A DNA stretch of 64,000 nt. Origin: Rhodospirillaceae bacterium (GTDB taxonomy: Bacteria > Pseudomonadota > Alphaproteobacteria > MPNO01 > UBA2964). Location of the stretch: contig PBIN01000014.1 of NCBI GenBank assembly GCA_002720855.1, positions 777,619-841,618 on the forward strand, in the 5' to 3' direction. Shown piece after piece: positions 38,080 through 49,081 of the stretch (its first letter is position 1; every line of letters starts with the position of its first letter). The translations under genes were made by a program, and so were the position numbers. Below the pieces are notes generated by a model, which did no database searches, was not told where the DNA came from, and saw only the letters and a program-made list of their open reading frames with translations.

Positions 38080-39364
38080 CTTGCGTCGCCGTCTGCGGGG
38101 TAAGGCTGGCTAAAAACGGGGCGAGTTCTCTCATCACGTGATCAAGAATGTCGCTTTTTGACTTTGCAATTGTCGAGGCAGCACTAATTTGTGCTGCACG
38201 ACGTTCTTTATCGGCAAGAAGGCCGCCGACTGCATCCGCAAGTTCTATTTCGTTTGTAATGCTAATCGAGCCACCGACATCGGCGATTTCGATAGTTATC
38301 TCCGTGAAGTTAGTCGTTGAGGGTCCGTGTATGATTGCGCATTCGAGCTTCGCTGCTTCCAAAATATTTTGCCCGCCATGTGGAACCAAAGTCCCGCCAA
38401 TGAAGGCGATCGGCGCAAGACGATAAAACAGTCCGAGCTCACCGACGGTATCTGCGACATAAATCTCTGATTCTGAGGTGATGGTCTGAACCTCACTTCT
38501 TTGCGCGACCGAAAGCCCGCGCATTGCCAATGTGCTTGCAATCTCCGCACCTCGAGCAGGGTGCCTAGGAATAATAATCGTCAAAATATCAGGGTAGTTT
38601 TGAGCGACTGCGGCATGGACGTCCGCCACCTTAATTTCTTCGCCCTCATGAGTACTCGCCGCGACCCAAATTGGTCGCGCACCAATTTCATTCCATAAAC
38701 TGGATAGCGCAGCGTCATCGACTGGCAGCGGGTCCGCAGCATATTTGATATTGCCAGGGATACGGATTTGCTCTGCACCCAAGATTCGGAGTTTTTCCGC
38801 ATCCTGTTCACTTTGGGCAAGGCACAGTGAAAAACAGTGAAGTAATCGGGAAATTGTCCGTGGCAAGCGTTTCCATCCGCGGAAAGAAGAGGGAGAAACC
38901 CGGGCATTGACCAATATTAACGGAATGTTGCGCGCTTTTATCGCTGTCAAAAGGTTTGGCCAGAATTCTGATTCAATCCAAAGCACGAGATTTGGTTTCC
39001 AGTGATCAAGAAATTTCTGGATCCAAACAGGCTGATCGATGGGGATGAATTGATGAATGACCGGTTTGGGCAAACGATCTGCCATGATCTTTGCCGACGT
39101 CACCGTGCCTGTGGTTACCAGGATTGATAGCGCTGGATAATCTTCCTTCAATCGATTCACAAGAGACAGGATCGATATTGATTCACCGACACTCGCGGCA
39201 TGAAACCAGACAACCGATCCGGAGGGGCGTTGTTCGCTTGGTTGACCGAACCTTTCGTTGATACGCGCAGAGTCCTCTTTCCCTCGCAATCGACGACGGT
39301 CAATAAAGCCTCTCAAAATTGGTGCGGCAGCATAGGAAAGCCCGCGATATGCAGACAAAATCAT
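38066..39364 (-). CDS. waaA: 3-deoxy-D-manno-octulosonic acid (Kdo) transferase
   Basis: VWFHAASVGE and the KdtA N-terminal domain. 432 aa. Confidence 0.85.
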   Translation of the reverse strand: MILSAYRGLSYAAAPILRGFIDRRRLRGKEDSARINERFGQPSEQRPSGSVVWFHAASVGESISILSLVNRLKEDYPALSILVTTGTVTSAKIMADRLPKPVIHQFIPIDQPVWIQKFLDHWKPNLVLWIESEFWPNLLTAIKARNIPLILVNARVSPSSFRGWKRLPRTISRLLHCFSLCLAQSEQDAEKLRILGAEQIRIPGNIKYAADPLPVDDAALSSLWNEIGARPIWVAASTHEGEEIKVADVHAAVAQNYPDILTIIIPRHPARGAEIASTLAMRGLSVAQRSEVQTITSESEIYVADTVGELGLFYRLAPIAFIGGTLVPHGGQNILEAAKLECAIIHGPSTTNFTEITIEIADVGGSISITNEIELADAVGGLLADKERRAAQISAASTIAKSKSDILDHVMRELAPFLASLTPQTATQDARA

Positions 39365-40068
39365 GAAATTGTCTCCGCGATCGGCTCAATCTTGGGCAAT
39401 CCCAATTCAGTATCGATTTGGCGGGTAATTTCGTTCAATTGATCTTCCAGGGCTACGGTGATGCGAATGATCTCCTTGTCGTCAGCGTCGTCAGCGATAT
39501 CGATTGGTTTACCCCATTTCATAATGCCGCGGCAAAAGGGCAGCGGTACAAGAAAGCGATCCCAGCTCGAGAAAATTTTACATGGACGCGCCGTGTAGCT
39601 GAGCGGAAATATTGGCACCCCGGCATGACGCGCAGCAAACACCACGCCTTGCGCGGCCTTCATTCGGGGTCCGCGGGGGCCATCGGGTGTTACCCCCACG
39701 CATTCACCCTTTTTCAATGATCTCAAAATTGATCGGACCGCACCCACTCCACCTCGGGATGACGAGCCGCCGATGGAATCGAATCCCAAAATTCCAATCG
39801 TTCGCGCGATCAATTCGCCATCGGGATGATGAGAAATCACCATTTTGAATGTTTGCGGGTATGGCCAGGCAAGCGACATCATTAGCAACCGACCATGCCA
39901 AAACGCGACCAGGAACGGCTTTCCGCTGTCCAAATAGGATTGGGGAATTTCTGTGCCGTCAATGCGCCACCGACCAGTTATTTTAACGAAACGAATATAG
40001 TTGGCCGCGACCCAGCACGCGATAGCCCGTGGACCAGGTCGCCGCATCATATTCTTGAATAATGCCAT
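39361..40068 (-). CDS. DUF374-domain protein (lysophospholipid acyltransferase-like), conserved partner of waaA
   Basis: 235 aa. Position between msbA and waaA and the motif pattern (FWHGR...VTPDGPRGP) match the DUF374 family. Confidence 0.6.
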   Translation of the reverse strand: MALFKNMMRRPGPRAIACWVAANYIRFVKITGRWRIDGTEIPQSYLDSGKPFLVAFWHGRLLMMSLAWPYPQTFKMVISHHPDGELIARTIGILGFDSIGGSSSRGGVGAVRSILRSLKKGECVGVTPDGPRGPRMKAAQGVVFAARHAGVPIFPLSYTARPCKIFSSWDRFLVPLPFCRGIMKWGKPIDIADDADDKEIIRITVALEDQLNEITRQIDTELGLPKIEPIAETIS

Positions 40069-40071
40069 CTC

Positions 40072-41886
40072 TCAGGCTGTAGCCTCTGCCGGAACAGCCT
40101 CATCAGCTTGCTCGGCGAATTGTACCGCGTATAGACGTGCATAGGCGCCGCCTTTGGCGAGAAGTTCGGCGTGTGTACCCTGTTCAATTATCTTGCCGCC
40201 ATCCATGACATAAATTTCGTCAGCAGCCATTACGGTCGAAAGTCGATGGGCGATAACGAGAGTAGTACGCCCCCTTGTTAGAGTTTCCAGCGCAGATTGG
40301 ACTTGACGCTCGGTTTCGGTGTCTAAAGCGGAAGTGGCCTCATCGAGAAGCAAAACCGGTGCGTCTTTGAGCATTGCGCGCGCTATGGCTATTCGCTGGC
40401 GCTGTCCACCGGATAGTTTCATGCCGCGTCCACCAACATGCGTTTCGTAACCCGACGCAAGATTCTCGATAAAATCATGTGCCTCCGCAGATTGCGCAGC
40501 GGCTATAATTTCATCGTCCGTCGCGTCGGGTTTTCCGTATGCGATATTGCCCCGTACAGAATCATCGAAAAGAGTGATGTCCTGGGAAACCAAAGCAATA
40601 TTGGCCCGGAGCGAAGCAATCGAAGCGTCGCGCAGGTCAATCCCATCAAGGAGAATTTGCCCTTCTGCGCAATCGTAAAATCGTGGAATCAAATTAAGGA
40701 CGGTTGATTTCCCTGCGCCGGATGGGCCGACCAGAGCAATCGTGCTGCCCGCTGAAATTTCCAGATTAATTCCCGAGAGCGCGGGGCGGTTCTCCTCATA
40801 GCCAAAATTGACATTTTTGAATTCCAAATTGCCTTTGACCCTATCGAGTATTTCGGCTTCGGGCTTGTCCTTAATTGTCGGGTCAAGATCGACCAATGCA
40901 AAAATTCGGTTGGCTGCGGCAAGCCCCTCCTGAAGATTGGCATTGAGGTTGGCAAGATTTTTCATCGCAGGGTAGGCCATCAAGAGTGCAGAAATAAAAG
41001 AGGCGAATGTGCCTGGTGTGGTCGCTCCCTGAATGACCTGACTGCCGCCATAAAAAATGATCACAGCGATGGCAACTCCACCGAGCGATTCCATAATTGG
41101 ATGCGTTGCCGAGCGAACGCGTGCCGCCCTTTGGACAAGTTGAAAAATCGCTTCAATAATATTTTCTGCGCGGTCAATTTCGTATTTTTCCATGCCGTAG
41201 GCGCGGACATGCCGGGCTCCGCGAAAAGTTTCGTCCAGCACAGTTGTGAGTTCACCCATTTGAACCTGGGTATTGTCGGATACTCTGCGCATCCGTTGGC
41301 CGATACGGACGATGGGATAGACGGCAGTGGGAAAGATAACAAAGGCGATCAAAGCCAGAGCCCAATCGTGATAGAAGAGTAGCCCTATGAGGAAAACCAG
41401 AGTGAGCGTGTCTTTGGCGATCCCTACGAGGACGTTTGAAACAGCCGCCCGCAACATGTTGGCGTCATTGTTAAAACGCGAAATTAACTTGCCGGTCGAG
41501 GTCTTCTGAAAATAGGCGATGTCGGCCAACATGAGATGCGAAAACATGCCAAGCTGGATTGTCGAGACAATTCGTTGTCCGACGTGACTCATCAGGACTG
41601 ATTGACCATAGGTCGCGATGCCTTTGATCACCGCGATCACTAGAATTGCTATTGGGATCAGCACCAGCATGCGTTCGTCTTTTAAGATAAAAACATCGTC
41701 GAAGACGGGTTTCATTAAATAGGCATTGGCTGCAGTCGTGGCTGCAACGACGGCCATACACAGAACCGCGAAGATCAACCGGCCCCGATGGGGGCGCACG
41801 TATGCGCGCACAAGCCGGGCGACTAATGCCTGGGTGGATACTTGGTTTAGCGGCACTACCGCGGTCTGAGTGTCAGGACTGTTCAT
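40072..41886 (-). CDS. msbA: ABC transporter ATP-binding/permease, lipid A flippase MsbA-like
   Basis: Six TM helices, then an NBD with Walker A GPSGAGKST, the signature LSGGQRQR and Walker B LLLDEATSALD. Confidence 0.85.
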   Translation of the reverse strand: MNSPDTQTAVVPLNQVSTQALVARLVRAYVRPHRGRLIFAVLCMAVVAATTAANAYLMKPVFDDVFILKDERMLVLIPIAILVIAVIKGIATYGQSVLMSHVGQRIVSTIQLGMFSHLMLADIAYFQKTSTGKLISRFNNDANMLRAAVSNVLVGIAKDTLTLVFLIGLLFYHDWALALIAFVIFPTAVYPIVRIGQRMRRVSDNTQVQMGELTTVLDETFRGARHVRAYGMEKYEIDRAENIIEAIFQLVQRAARVRSATHPIMESLGGVAIAVIIFYGGSQVIQGATTPGTFASFISALLMAYPAMKNLANLNANLQEGLAAANRIFALVDLDPTIKDKPEAEILDRVKGNLEFKNVNFGYEENRPALSGINLEISAGSTIALVGPSGAGKSTVLNLIPRFYDCAEGQILLDGIDLRDASIASLRANIALVSQDITLFDDSVRGNIAYGKPDATDDEIIAAAQSAEAHDFIENLASGYETHVGGRGMKLSGGQRQRIAIARAMLKDAPVLLLDEATSALDTETERQVQSALETLTRGRTTLVIAHRLSTVMAADEIYVMDGGKIIEQGTHAELLAKGGAYARLYAVQFAEQADEAVPAEATA

Positions 41887-41979
41887 GCGCTCGCAAAATA
41901 AGGCGCGGAATCATAGCATGTGGCATGAATCCCGCCAATTAAATGCGTATCTGAACCCTGTGTGGGCGATACGTCAGGG

Positions 41980-43323
41980 TCAAAGGCCTGCAACCGTCAT
42001 GCCGTCGATTCTTACAGTTGGCGCATCCGTGCCATACCTGAACTCCAGATCATTTGCCGGAACCAGATTTGCAAACATGTCCGTCAGGTTCCCCGCGATC
42101 GTCATTTCACTGACAGGATAAGTGATTTCACCATTCTCAATCCAATACCCGCTAGCTCCCCGGCTATAGTCACCGGTGACACCATTTACACCCATACCGA
42201 TAAGCTCATTCACGAGAAAACCTTCCTTCACGTCTGCAATCAATTCGCTGACAGATAGTTCGCCAGCTTCCAAATAAACGTTGGTTGCTGAGGGACTTGG
42301 AGGTCCGCCGGTACCCCGCGAAGCGTTGCCTGTCGTCGACAGTTCGAGTTGACGTGCGGAGGCGAGGTCGAGAAGCCAGGTGGTCAGTTTACCGTTCTCA
42401 ATGATCGCTTTTGGGGTTGTGGCAATTCCCTCGCCATCAAATGGTTTGGAGTTTAAACCGCGTTTTCGGTGAGGGTCGTCATGGATGGTGATGTTTTCAG
42501 CAAATATTTGTTCGCCCATCCTATCCTTAAGAAACGATGTGCCGCGCGCGATTCCCGCACCGTTAATGGCGCCTGTCAGGTGACGCAACAGACTGGACGA
42601 TGCGCGCCAGTCGTAAATGACTGGAACCAGTGCCGTCTTTTTCTTTTGCGGATTGAGACGGGCAACCGCCCGTTCGCCGGCAATACGGCCGACATCGGCA
42701 GGTTTTGCCAAGTCTTCGGCATAAACGGCGGTTGCAAAATCGTAATCACGTTCCATCGCCGTACCTTCACCGGCGAGGACAGATACAGAGAAGCTATGGC
42801 TGGTGACTGCGTAGTTTTGGCTAAAGCCATTGGTGGCAGCCAAAGCGATCCGCGCTTTACTATATCCTGCTTCTGCTCCTTCCGAATTGGTGACACCCGC
42901 TACAGCTCGTGCCGCATCTTCGGCTTCGTTTGCTATTTCAATGAGCGCGTTTGTATCGGGTTCAAAAGGGTCGAAACTATCCATTTCTGCAATGGTTGCT
43001 GCAATTTGGGCTGGGTCAGCGATACCGCACCAGGGGTCCTCCGGTGCAACCTTGGCCATCGCTACGGCACGTTCCGCCATCTCGTGGAGGGCGTCGTCAG
43101 AGTGATCTGTAGAGGAGACAATCGCTTGCTTTTTGCCAATAAAAACCCGAAGACCTATATCGGCAGATTCAGATCGCTCCAGTTTTTCCGCTTGCCCCAG
43201 CCGTTGGGCAATCTCGATTGAGGTCGCATCAAACACGAGAGCATCCGCACTATCCGCGCCTTCTTTTTTGGTGATTTCCAAAAGCCTCGCCAGGAGATCA
43301 AGCTGGTCCACCGGTTCCGTCAT
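41980..43323 (-). CDS. pmbA: Metalloprotease PmbA/TldE
   Basis: 447 aa, PmbA/TldD superfamily. A second TldD-type gene lies at 58854..60287. Confidence 0.8.
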   Translation of the reverse strand: MTEPVDQLDLLARLLEITKKEGADSADALVFDATSIEIAQRLGQAEKLERSESADIGLRVFIGKKQAIVSSTDHSDDALHEMAERAVAMAKVAPEDPWCGIADPAQIAATIAEMDSFDPFEPDTNALIEIANEAEDAARAVAGVTNSEGAEAGYSKARIALAATNGFSQNYAVTSHSFSVSVLAGEGTAMERDYDFATAVYAEDLAKPADVGRIAGERAVARLNPQKKKTALVPVIYDWRASSSLLRHLTGAINGAGIARGTSFLKDRMGEQIFAENITIHDDPHRKRGLNSKPFDGEGIATTPKAIIENGKLTTWLLDLASARQLELSTTGNASRGTGGPPSPSATNVYLEAGELSVSELIADVKEGFLVNELIGMGVNGVTGDYSRGASGYWIENGEITYPVSEMTIAGNLTDMFANLVPANDLEFRYGTDAPTVRIDGMTVAGL

Positions 43324-44816
43324 TTTTTTTCCTTTTTCCAGATCGGTTCGCCTGAACCGGGCAAGCCATATGTCTGCCAGTCACGGGTCACCCGTTCAAC
43401 GATATCATCACTCATACGAATTTTGCGCCCCCATTCCCTGTTGGTCTCAGGCGGAATCTTTTCAGTCGCGTCGATGCCGACTTTTGATCCGAGCCCGGTT
43501 TCAGGCGATGCAAAGTCCAAATAGTCAATCGGCGAATTTTCTACAAAGGTACAATCTCTTGACGGATCAACATTTGTCGAAATGGCCCAAATCACGTCCT
43601 GCCAATTCCGCGCATCGATATCGTCATCTACGACAATAACAAATTTTGTATACATGAATTGGCGCAAATAGGACCAGACAGCCATCATGATGCGTTTCGC
43701 ATGTCCCGGATATGCTTTGCGAATTGACACCACAGCAACGCGATATGAACAGGCTTCGGGGGGGAGCCAAAAATCAACGATTTCGGGGAACTGCTGCGTT
43801 AGAAGGGGAACAAAAACATCATTTAGGGCTTCGCCAAGAACCGATGGTTCATCGGGTGGGCGACCGGTAAATGTCGAGACATAGATGGGATCTTTACGCA
43901 TGGTAATTGCACTAACCGTAAAGACCGGAAATTTCTCCACTGCGTTGTAATAACCGGTGTGATCGCCATAGGGACCTTCTGGCGCGTAATCTGTTCGCGA
44001 CACATGTCCCTCGAGGACAATCTCCGCATTGGCGGGTACCTGCAATGGAACTGTCTTGCAATCAACAAGCTCGACCTTTTTATCGCGTAATAATCCAGCA
44101 AATTGGTACTCAGAAACAGCTTCGGGGACCGGCGCTACTGCTGCAATCATGGTTGCGGGGTCTGCGCCAATAACGGCGGCGGCCGGAATAGCATCGCCGG
44201 TCGCTGCCGCATGGGCTTCAGCGCCGCCCCGATGGTCAAGCCAGCGCATAATTGTTGTGTTTTTTCCAGTGACCTGCATCCGGTAAATGCCGAGATTAAT
44301 GCCTGATGGTCCGTCGGTTACCACCAGAGGCCAGGTTATGAGAGGCGCAGGTTCGTTGGGCCAACAGCTTTGCACAGGCAATATGGACAAATCGACATCG
44401 TCTTTTTCAAGAACGATTTCTTGACATGCAGCTTTGGAAACCGTTTTCGGTTTCATCGCAAAGACAGATTTGACCAGCGGAAGCATTTGAAGGGCTTCCC
44501 GCCAGCCGCCAGGTGGTTCGGGTTGTCGCAAAAATGCCAGCTGTTCGCCAAATTTGCGGAGTTCCTCGGGTTCACGATCCATGCCTTTAGCGACTCGTTC
44601 GACGGTACCAAACAGATTGACCAGGACAGGAATATCGCTTTGCGAACCGTCGTCCTTCACCGGGTTCTCGAACAATACGGCAGGACCTCCTTCCGCAAGG
44701 AGTCGTGTTTGAATTTCAGTCATTTCGAGAACAGTCGATACCGGTTTAGCGACCCGGCTTAGCTGACCGTCGCTTTCAAGTTGATCTAAATAGTCACGCA
44801 GGCTGACAAAGGCCAT
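43320..44816 (-). CDS. ubiD: 4-hydroxy-3-polyprenylbenzoate decarboxylase (canonical UbiD)
   Basis: 499 aa from [14 protein letters not shown]. This UbiD-type N-terminus is distinct from the two paralogs at 21913..25100. The gene is co-directional with pmbA. Confidence 0.8.
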   Translation of the reverse strand: MAFVSLRDYLDQLESDGQLSRVAKPVSTVLEMTEIQTRLLAEGGPAVLFENPVKDDGSQSDIPVLVNLFGTVERVAKGMDREPEELRKFGEQLAFLRQPEPPGGWREALQMLPLVKSVFAMKPKTVSKAACQEIVLEKDDVDLSILPVQSCWPNEPAPLITWPLVVTDGPSGINLGIYRMQVTGKNTTIMRWLDHRGGAEAHAAATGDAIPAAAVIGADPATMIAAVAPVPEAVSEYQFAGLLRDKKVELVDCKTVPLQVPANAEIVLEGHVSRTDYAPEGPYGDHTGYYNAVEKFPVFTVSAITMRKDPIYVSTFTGRPPDEPSVLGEALNDVFVPLLTQQFPEIVDFWLPPEACSYRVAVVSIRKAYPGHAKRIMMAVWSYLRQFMYTKFVIVVDDDIDARNWQDVIWAISTNVDPSRDCTFVENSPIDYLDFASPETGLGSKVGIDATEKIPPETNREWGRKIRMSDDIVERVTRDWQTYGLPGSGEPIWKKEKK

Positions 44817-44944
44817 GGTATCTATGCTCGCAAAACTCGGAAAATCCCGGGCGGCCACTGTTTAGCACGTTGTTGGGGGGGAAGGGCAAATCCATTGATA
44901 ACGTAAGTCTACAATTTGATTCGCGGAAAAAGCTGTCGTAGAGC

Positions 44945-45679
44945 TTGCAGGTCTATTTGGAGGGACTTTTGTTAAACCCGGTAGCGCACGCTAAAGCCTA
45001 TCCTTTCCCAGCGCCGAACCACTCATATATGTTTGAGGCTGGCGGCTGGCAGTCGATCAACGATGACACATTTGAAGTTGCTGGACGAACCCCGGTTCTC
45101 GCCGCTGGGTCTAATCAATCCCCCGAACAACTTGCCCGGAAATATGCTGAATTTCCCCATATTGGTCCGATTCCGGTTATTCGAGGAACTCTCTCAGGTT
45201 TTGACGTCGTCTATGCCGCTCATCTCGCGGGATATGGTTCAATACCAGCGACATTTCAAAATTCACCTGGGACTATCGTCAACGTGTTTGTGGCGTGGTT
45301 TACGGACCCGCAACTAGAACAAATGCATGCGACGGAGCGCAACTACAGTTTCGACCGTCTAAATGATTTCTGGCTTGAAACTGATTATGGGCCAACGCCC
45401 AATGAGGTGTTTGCCTATACCGCGAAAGTGGGTTGTTACAATCACAACGGTAACTGCCTGAGCTTGGCGGAAATTCCCGCGAGAAATCGAAAGTTCTCGT
45501 CGGCGACGCAAGAGGAAGTGCAGGAACATCTTCGTGACCGGCTGTCGGCTGCAACGGAACTCGATCAATTTATTTCCGAGCATATTGAGGATGAAATCAT
45601 CCGTGTCGGGAGAGTTGCTGCAATGAAGGACGATGCAATCGAGATCGGTTATCCTCGAGAAACATTGATTTCACTTTAG
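44945..45679 (+). CDS. Gamma-glutamylcyclotransferase-like (AIG2/GGCT fold) protein
   Basis: VLAAGSNQSPEQLARKY resembles the GGCT YGSNL...L motif, with a downstream acidic LEQMHATE. Confidence 0.35.
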   Translation: MQVYLEGLLLNPVAHAKAYPFPAPNHSYMFEAGGWQSINDDTFEVAGRTPVLAAGSNQSPEQLARKYAEFPHIGPIPVIRGTLSGFDVVYAAHLAGYGSIPATFQNSPGTIVNVFVAWFTDPQLEQMHATERNYSFDRLNDFWLETDYGPTPNEVFAYTAKVGCYNHNGNCLSLAEIPARNRKFSSATQEEVQEHLRDRLSAATELDQFISEHIEDEIIRVGRVAAMKDDAIEIGYPRETLISL

Positions 45680-47040
45680 GTTTTAATTAAGGCCTGCAAC
45701 GCTTCCGCGCATGTTTCTGGTGCTGAGTAGGTCGGAACACCTGCACTGTTTAGCCGGTGAAGTATCGCCGGCGCATCGGGACTGCAATAAACAATCAGTG
45801 GCTTCTCGGTTTTCTTCACTGCTTCGATAACGGGGTCAGCGACCAGGTCTGGTCGGCCGACGCCGGATGATCCGACGATTGGGATGACGGCGTCATATTC
45901 GTTTGCTTCAAGTAATGCAGTAATTGATCCTCCGACAATTTCCGGTGTCAGGCCCGCGAGTGTGAGATCGATCGGATTTCGATCGGCGGTAAATCCAACG
46001 TGGCTAAAAAGGGATGACAATCGCTGCGCGGTTATTCCGCTGGGCGCCGGCGTTGTAAACCCAGTAATTCCACATTGATCGGCGACCAGGCCTCCAGCAC
46101 CGCCGGTTGAAGTCAGAATGCCAACATGACGGCCTTTCGGTTTTTTGTTGGTGCCGAGCGCTATCGAAATATCCAGAAGGTCGTCAAACCGGTTAGCACG
46201 TGTAACGCCCGCCTGACGAAATAAAGCGTCATAGAGCCGGTCGTTGCCCGCCATTGCACCGGTATGCGATGCGGAGGCGGCGGCACCGGCTTCGGATATT
46301 CCCACCTTATATACAACCAGTCTCTTCCCTGATCGCCGTGCTTTGCTGGACATCGATTTGAAGCGTTTCACATTTCGAAGGGTCTCCAGATAAAGCGCGA
46401 TTACTGAGGTCTCAGCTTCTTCGATCATCCATTCAAGAATATCGCAAACATCCACGTCTCCTTCATTTCCTGTGGCAGCGAGGTGAGACAATCCAATTCC
46501 CTTCGCCGCTGCTCTGGAGAGGAGCGAACCCAGAATTCCGCCCGACTGTGAAATGATACCGATCTTTCCCGGAGTAATTTTCTCAGTATCGAGCGCCCCC
46601 GAGGCTGAAAGCGTGATCCGATCTTGGAGGTTGAGGAGGCCAATCGTATTCGGGCCTAGAAGACGCATAGGTCCTGCTGCTTCTAACAGCATCGACTGAC
46701 GATGTACGCCTTCGGGGCCCGTTTCTCCGTAGCCACCGCCCAAAACGATGCCTACTTTTGTTCCAATATTCGATAGTTTCCGGGCGGCCTCGATTGTCCC
46801 GCTCGGCCCCAATAAAATCATTGCGGCGTCTGGTGCACCTGGCAGATCGTCAATAGCCTGGAAGCAACGGATTCCGTCGATTGTTCCGCCGCGCGGGTTG
46901 ACTGGCCAGATATCTCCGCCAAAGCCATGTTTTTTAAGAAACCGAAGAGGTCTCCCCGCTGTTTTATCTGGATTCGCGGATGCACCGATGATGGCGACGG
47001 ATCGAGGCCGAAACAGATTTTCGATGATGTCTTTCGACAC
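45676..47040 (-). CDS. CoA-binding protein / acyl-CoA synthetase (NDP-forming) alpha-type domain protein
   Basis: The N-terminal CoA-binding Rossmann region (PRSVAIIGASANPDKTAGRPL) is followed by a succinyl-CoA-synthetase-like domain. No ATP-grasp beta partner is in the window. Confidence 0.6.
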   Translation of the reverse strand: MSKDIIENLFRPRSVAIIGASANPDKTAGRPLRFLKKHGFGGDIWPVNPRGGTIDGIRCFQAIDDLPGAPDAAMILLGPSGTIEAARKLSNIGTKVGIVLGGGYGETGPEGVHRQSMLLEAAGPMRLLGPNTIGLLNLQDRITLSASGALDTEKITPGKIGIISQSGGILGSLLSRAAAKGIGLSHLAATGNEGDVDVCDILEWMIEEAETSVIALYLETLRNVKRFKSMSSKARRSGKRLVVYKVGISEAGAAASASHTGAMAGNDRLYDALFRQAGVTRANRFDDLLDISIALGTNKKPKGRHVGILTSTGGAGGLVADQCGITGFTTPAPSGITAQRLSSLFSHVGFTADRNPIDLTLAGLTPEIVGGSITALLEANEYDAVIPIVGSSGVGRPDLVADPVIEAVKKTEKPLIVYCSPDAPAILHRLNSAGVPTYSAPETCAEALQALIKT

Positions 47041-47044
47041 AGTT

Positions 47045-47851
47045 CTATTTTTTTGTCTTGTTTAGGAAGTCAGCTACGGCGTTACGGTGCTCATCTGTCG
47101 TGTAGCAGATCGCCTGCGCCTGACAGCCGAGCGCAAAAACCTCTTCGATGGAGAGTTCAAGGCTTTGATCCATGATTGATTTGGCAAGAGACAAGGCATT
47201 TGGTGAACCGGCGGTCATGCGTTCTGCGGTCGCGATAGCCTCATCGAGAAGATTATCTGCGCTTGTTACAATCTCAATCATTCCCATTTCATGCGCTTCC
47301 TCTGCAGGAACCCTTCGGCCGGAAAAGATCAGCTCCTTTGCGCGGGCGAGGCCGACGCGTCGGGGCAAAAAATACATTCCGCCACCGTCGGGAATGAGGC
47401 CCCTTAAGAGATAGCTCATCGTGAACATCGCTTTGTCCGAGGCGACAACAAAATCGCAGCACAGCGCGAGGTCGGCCCCCAGGCCGGCGGCTGCACCATT
47501 TACGGCGGCGACTGTTGGTTTCGCCAATCCATGCAGCATGGTTACGGCGTGATGAGTACGGCGCTGACGGTTCCACCCATTCATAGCAACTTGGCCTATT
47601 GGTGCTTCCAACCGTTCACGCATTGCCGAGATATCACCTCCGGCACAAAAGGCTTTGCCACTGCCTGTCAAAACGATTGCACGCACTGAGTCTGCCTGAC
47701 TTGTCCAATCGATAGCCGCCATGAGATCGGTGCGCATCGCATCGTCAATCGCATTTAACTTTTCTGGCCGGTTTAGAGTGATTATCGCGATGGCGCCTCT
47801 TTCCTCTATCGCAATGCGTTCTGACGCTGGTTTATCCATACTCGAATCCAA
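47045..47851 (-). CDS. Enoyl-CoA hydratase/isomerase (crotonase) family
   Basis: Crotonase fold motifs (AIITLNRPEKLNAI...GSGKAFCAGGDI). 268 aa. Confidence 0.8.
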   Translation of the reverse strand: MDSSMDKPASERIAIEERGAIAIITLNRPEKLNAIDDAMRTDLMAAIDWTSQADSVRAIVLTGSGKAFCAGGDISAMRERLEAPIGQVAMNGWNRQRRTHHAVTMLHGLAKPTVAAVNGAAAGLGADLALCCDFVVASDKAMFTMSYLLRGLIPDGGGMYFLPRRVGLARAKELIFSGRRVPAEEAHEMGMIEIVTSADNLLDEAIATAERMTAGSPNALSLAKSIMDQSLELSIEEVFALGCQAQAICYTTDEHRNAVADFLNKTKK

Positions 47852-47977
47852 TCCTTAGTGTGTCGCAGTCTATTTAGCACAAAATTCCAAGACTGTGCCT
47901 ACGCGGACTTGGTACCCGTCCATTGACATTGGCCAAAGGGTTGTTTGTCATCACAATAGGCAAAGAGGAGAGACGCG

Positions 47978-49081
47978 ATGACAACTGTATCATATGATGA
48001 TGCGCCGGTGCCGATCCGGCAGGATTTGCTCGACGCTCACCAACGCGCCTGGCAGCGGATTGCCGAACCCGGCACATGGCTCGATGGGAGTACGAGAACT
48101 GCAATTGCCCATGAGGTGCGTAACGCCCGGCAATGCAAGTTTTGTGCAGAGCGAAAACAAGCATTAATGCCTTATAGTCTTGAAGGGGCCCATCAGACGG
48201 TCACGGGCCTTTCGGAGGCTCAGGTGGAACTCATCCATCGACTGGCAACGGACTCGGCGCGCCTTAAACGTAGCTGGTGCCGTAATCTAATTGATAATGG
48301 ATTATCTGAAGAGGAATATGTCGAAACAGTGGGGGTTGCCTGTACGACAATTTCTCTAGACACATTCGCCCACGCGCTTGGTATTCAATTGCGTGAAATT
48401 CCCGCTGCCCAGGAAGGCAATCCGTCGCGAATTCGGCCCGAAGAAGCACGACAGGGCGACCCTTGGGTGCCATGGATTGCGCCTGAAGATGCAAGTGAAG
48501 CTGACAGGGACACATTTGGACCGGGAATTTCGAACATACGGAGAGCTCTAAGTCTGGTGCCTGATGACGCTCGGGGGTTTTTTGATCTCGTTGGAAATCA
48601 GTATCTCGATGCCGAGCAAATGAAAGATTTTGTGACGCAATTCCGCGCAATAACGCGTGCCCAAATCGAACTTATAGCCGGACGAATATCAGCCATAAAT
48701 CAGTGTGCCTATTGAACCACCAGCCATACGGCACTGCTCCGTGCGAGCGGCGAACACACTGGTGAAGAGGTCGATTTGAGCAGCGTAATGGGGACAGCGG
48801 AAGGCGATGGCGGTATTCCAAACGGTGCGATGTTGGTTAGTTTTGCGGAAGCTATCGTAGGAGACGATACCTCAAGGTTGAATGCAGCGCGCGACGAGGT
48901 GAGGCAAGTTCTGGGCGAGGATGGTCTGGTCGATTGCTGCGGTATTGCAGCAACATTTAATGCCATCGATCGTGTTGCAGATTCAATTGGTATTCCGATC
49001 GATGAAATACGTCTGGAGCCGACAGCCGAGTTCAGACGGGAACTTGGGATTGATGAATTTCCGTCACGGCTTGAAAGTTAG
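47978..49081 (+). CDS. AhpD-like / carboxymuconolactone-decarboxylase-family peroxidase-related protein, predicted selenoprotein (in-frame UGA at 48713-48715)
   Basis: The track ORFs 47978..48715 and 48776..49081 share a frame. The whole interval 47978..49081 is open except for one TGA. The TGA falls at ...AGRISAINQCAY-[TGA]-TTSHTALLRAS..., the position of the second Cys in the family motif S-x-x-N-x-C-x-Y-C-x-x-x-H. Confidence 0.7.

Noticed and set aside
42469-43221. 250-aa Cys-rich plus-strand ORF
   Set aside because: It is entirely antisense to pmbA/tldE (41980..43323), which has strong family support. The Cys/Arg-rich composition is typical of the reverse frame of a GC-rich gene.
48713-48715. 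The TGA ending ORF 47978..48715, read as an ordinary stop (truncated AhpD-like pseudogene)
   Set aside because: The downstream frame stays open for 121 more codons and continues the AhpD-like sequence. The TGA aligns with the conserved second Cys of the family CxxC motif. Sec recoding explains this better than truncation, though it remains unproven without SECIS and sel-gene evidence.
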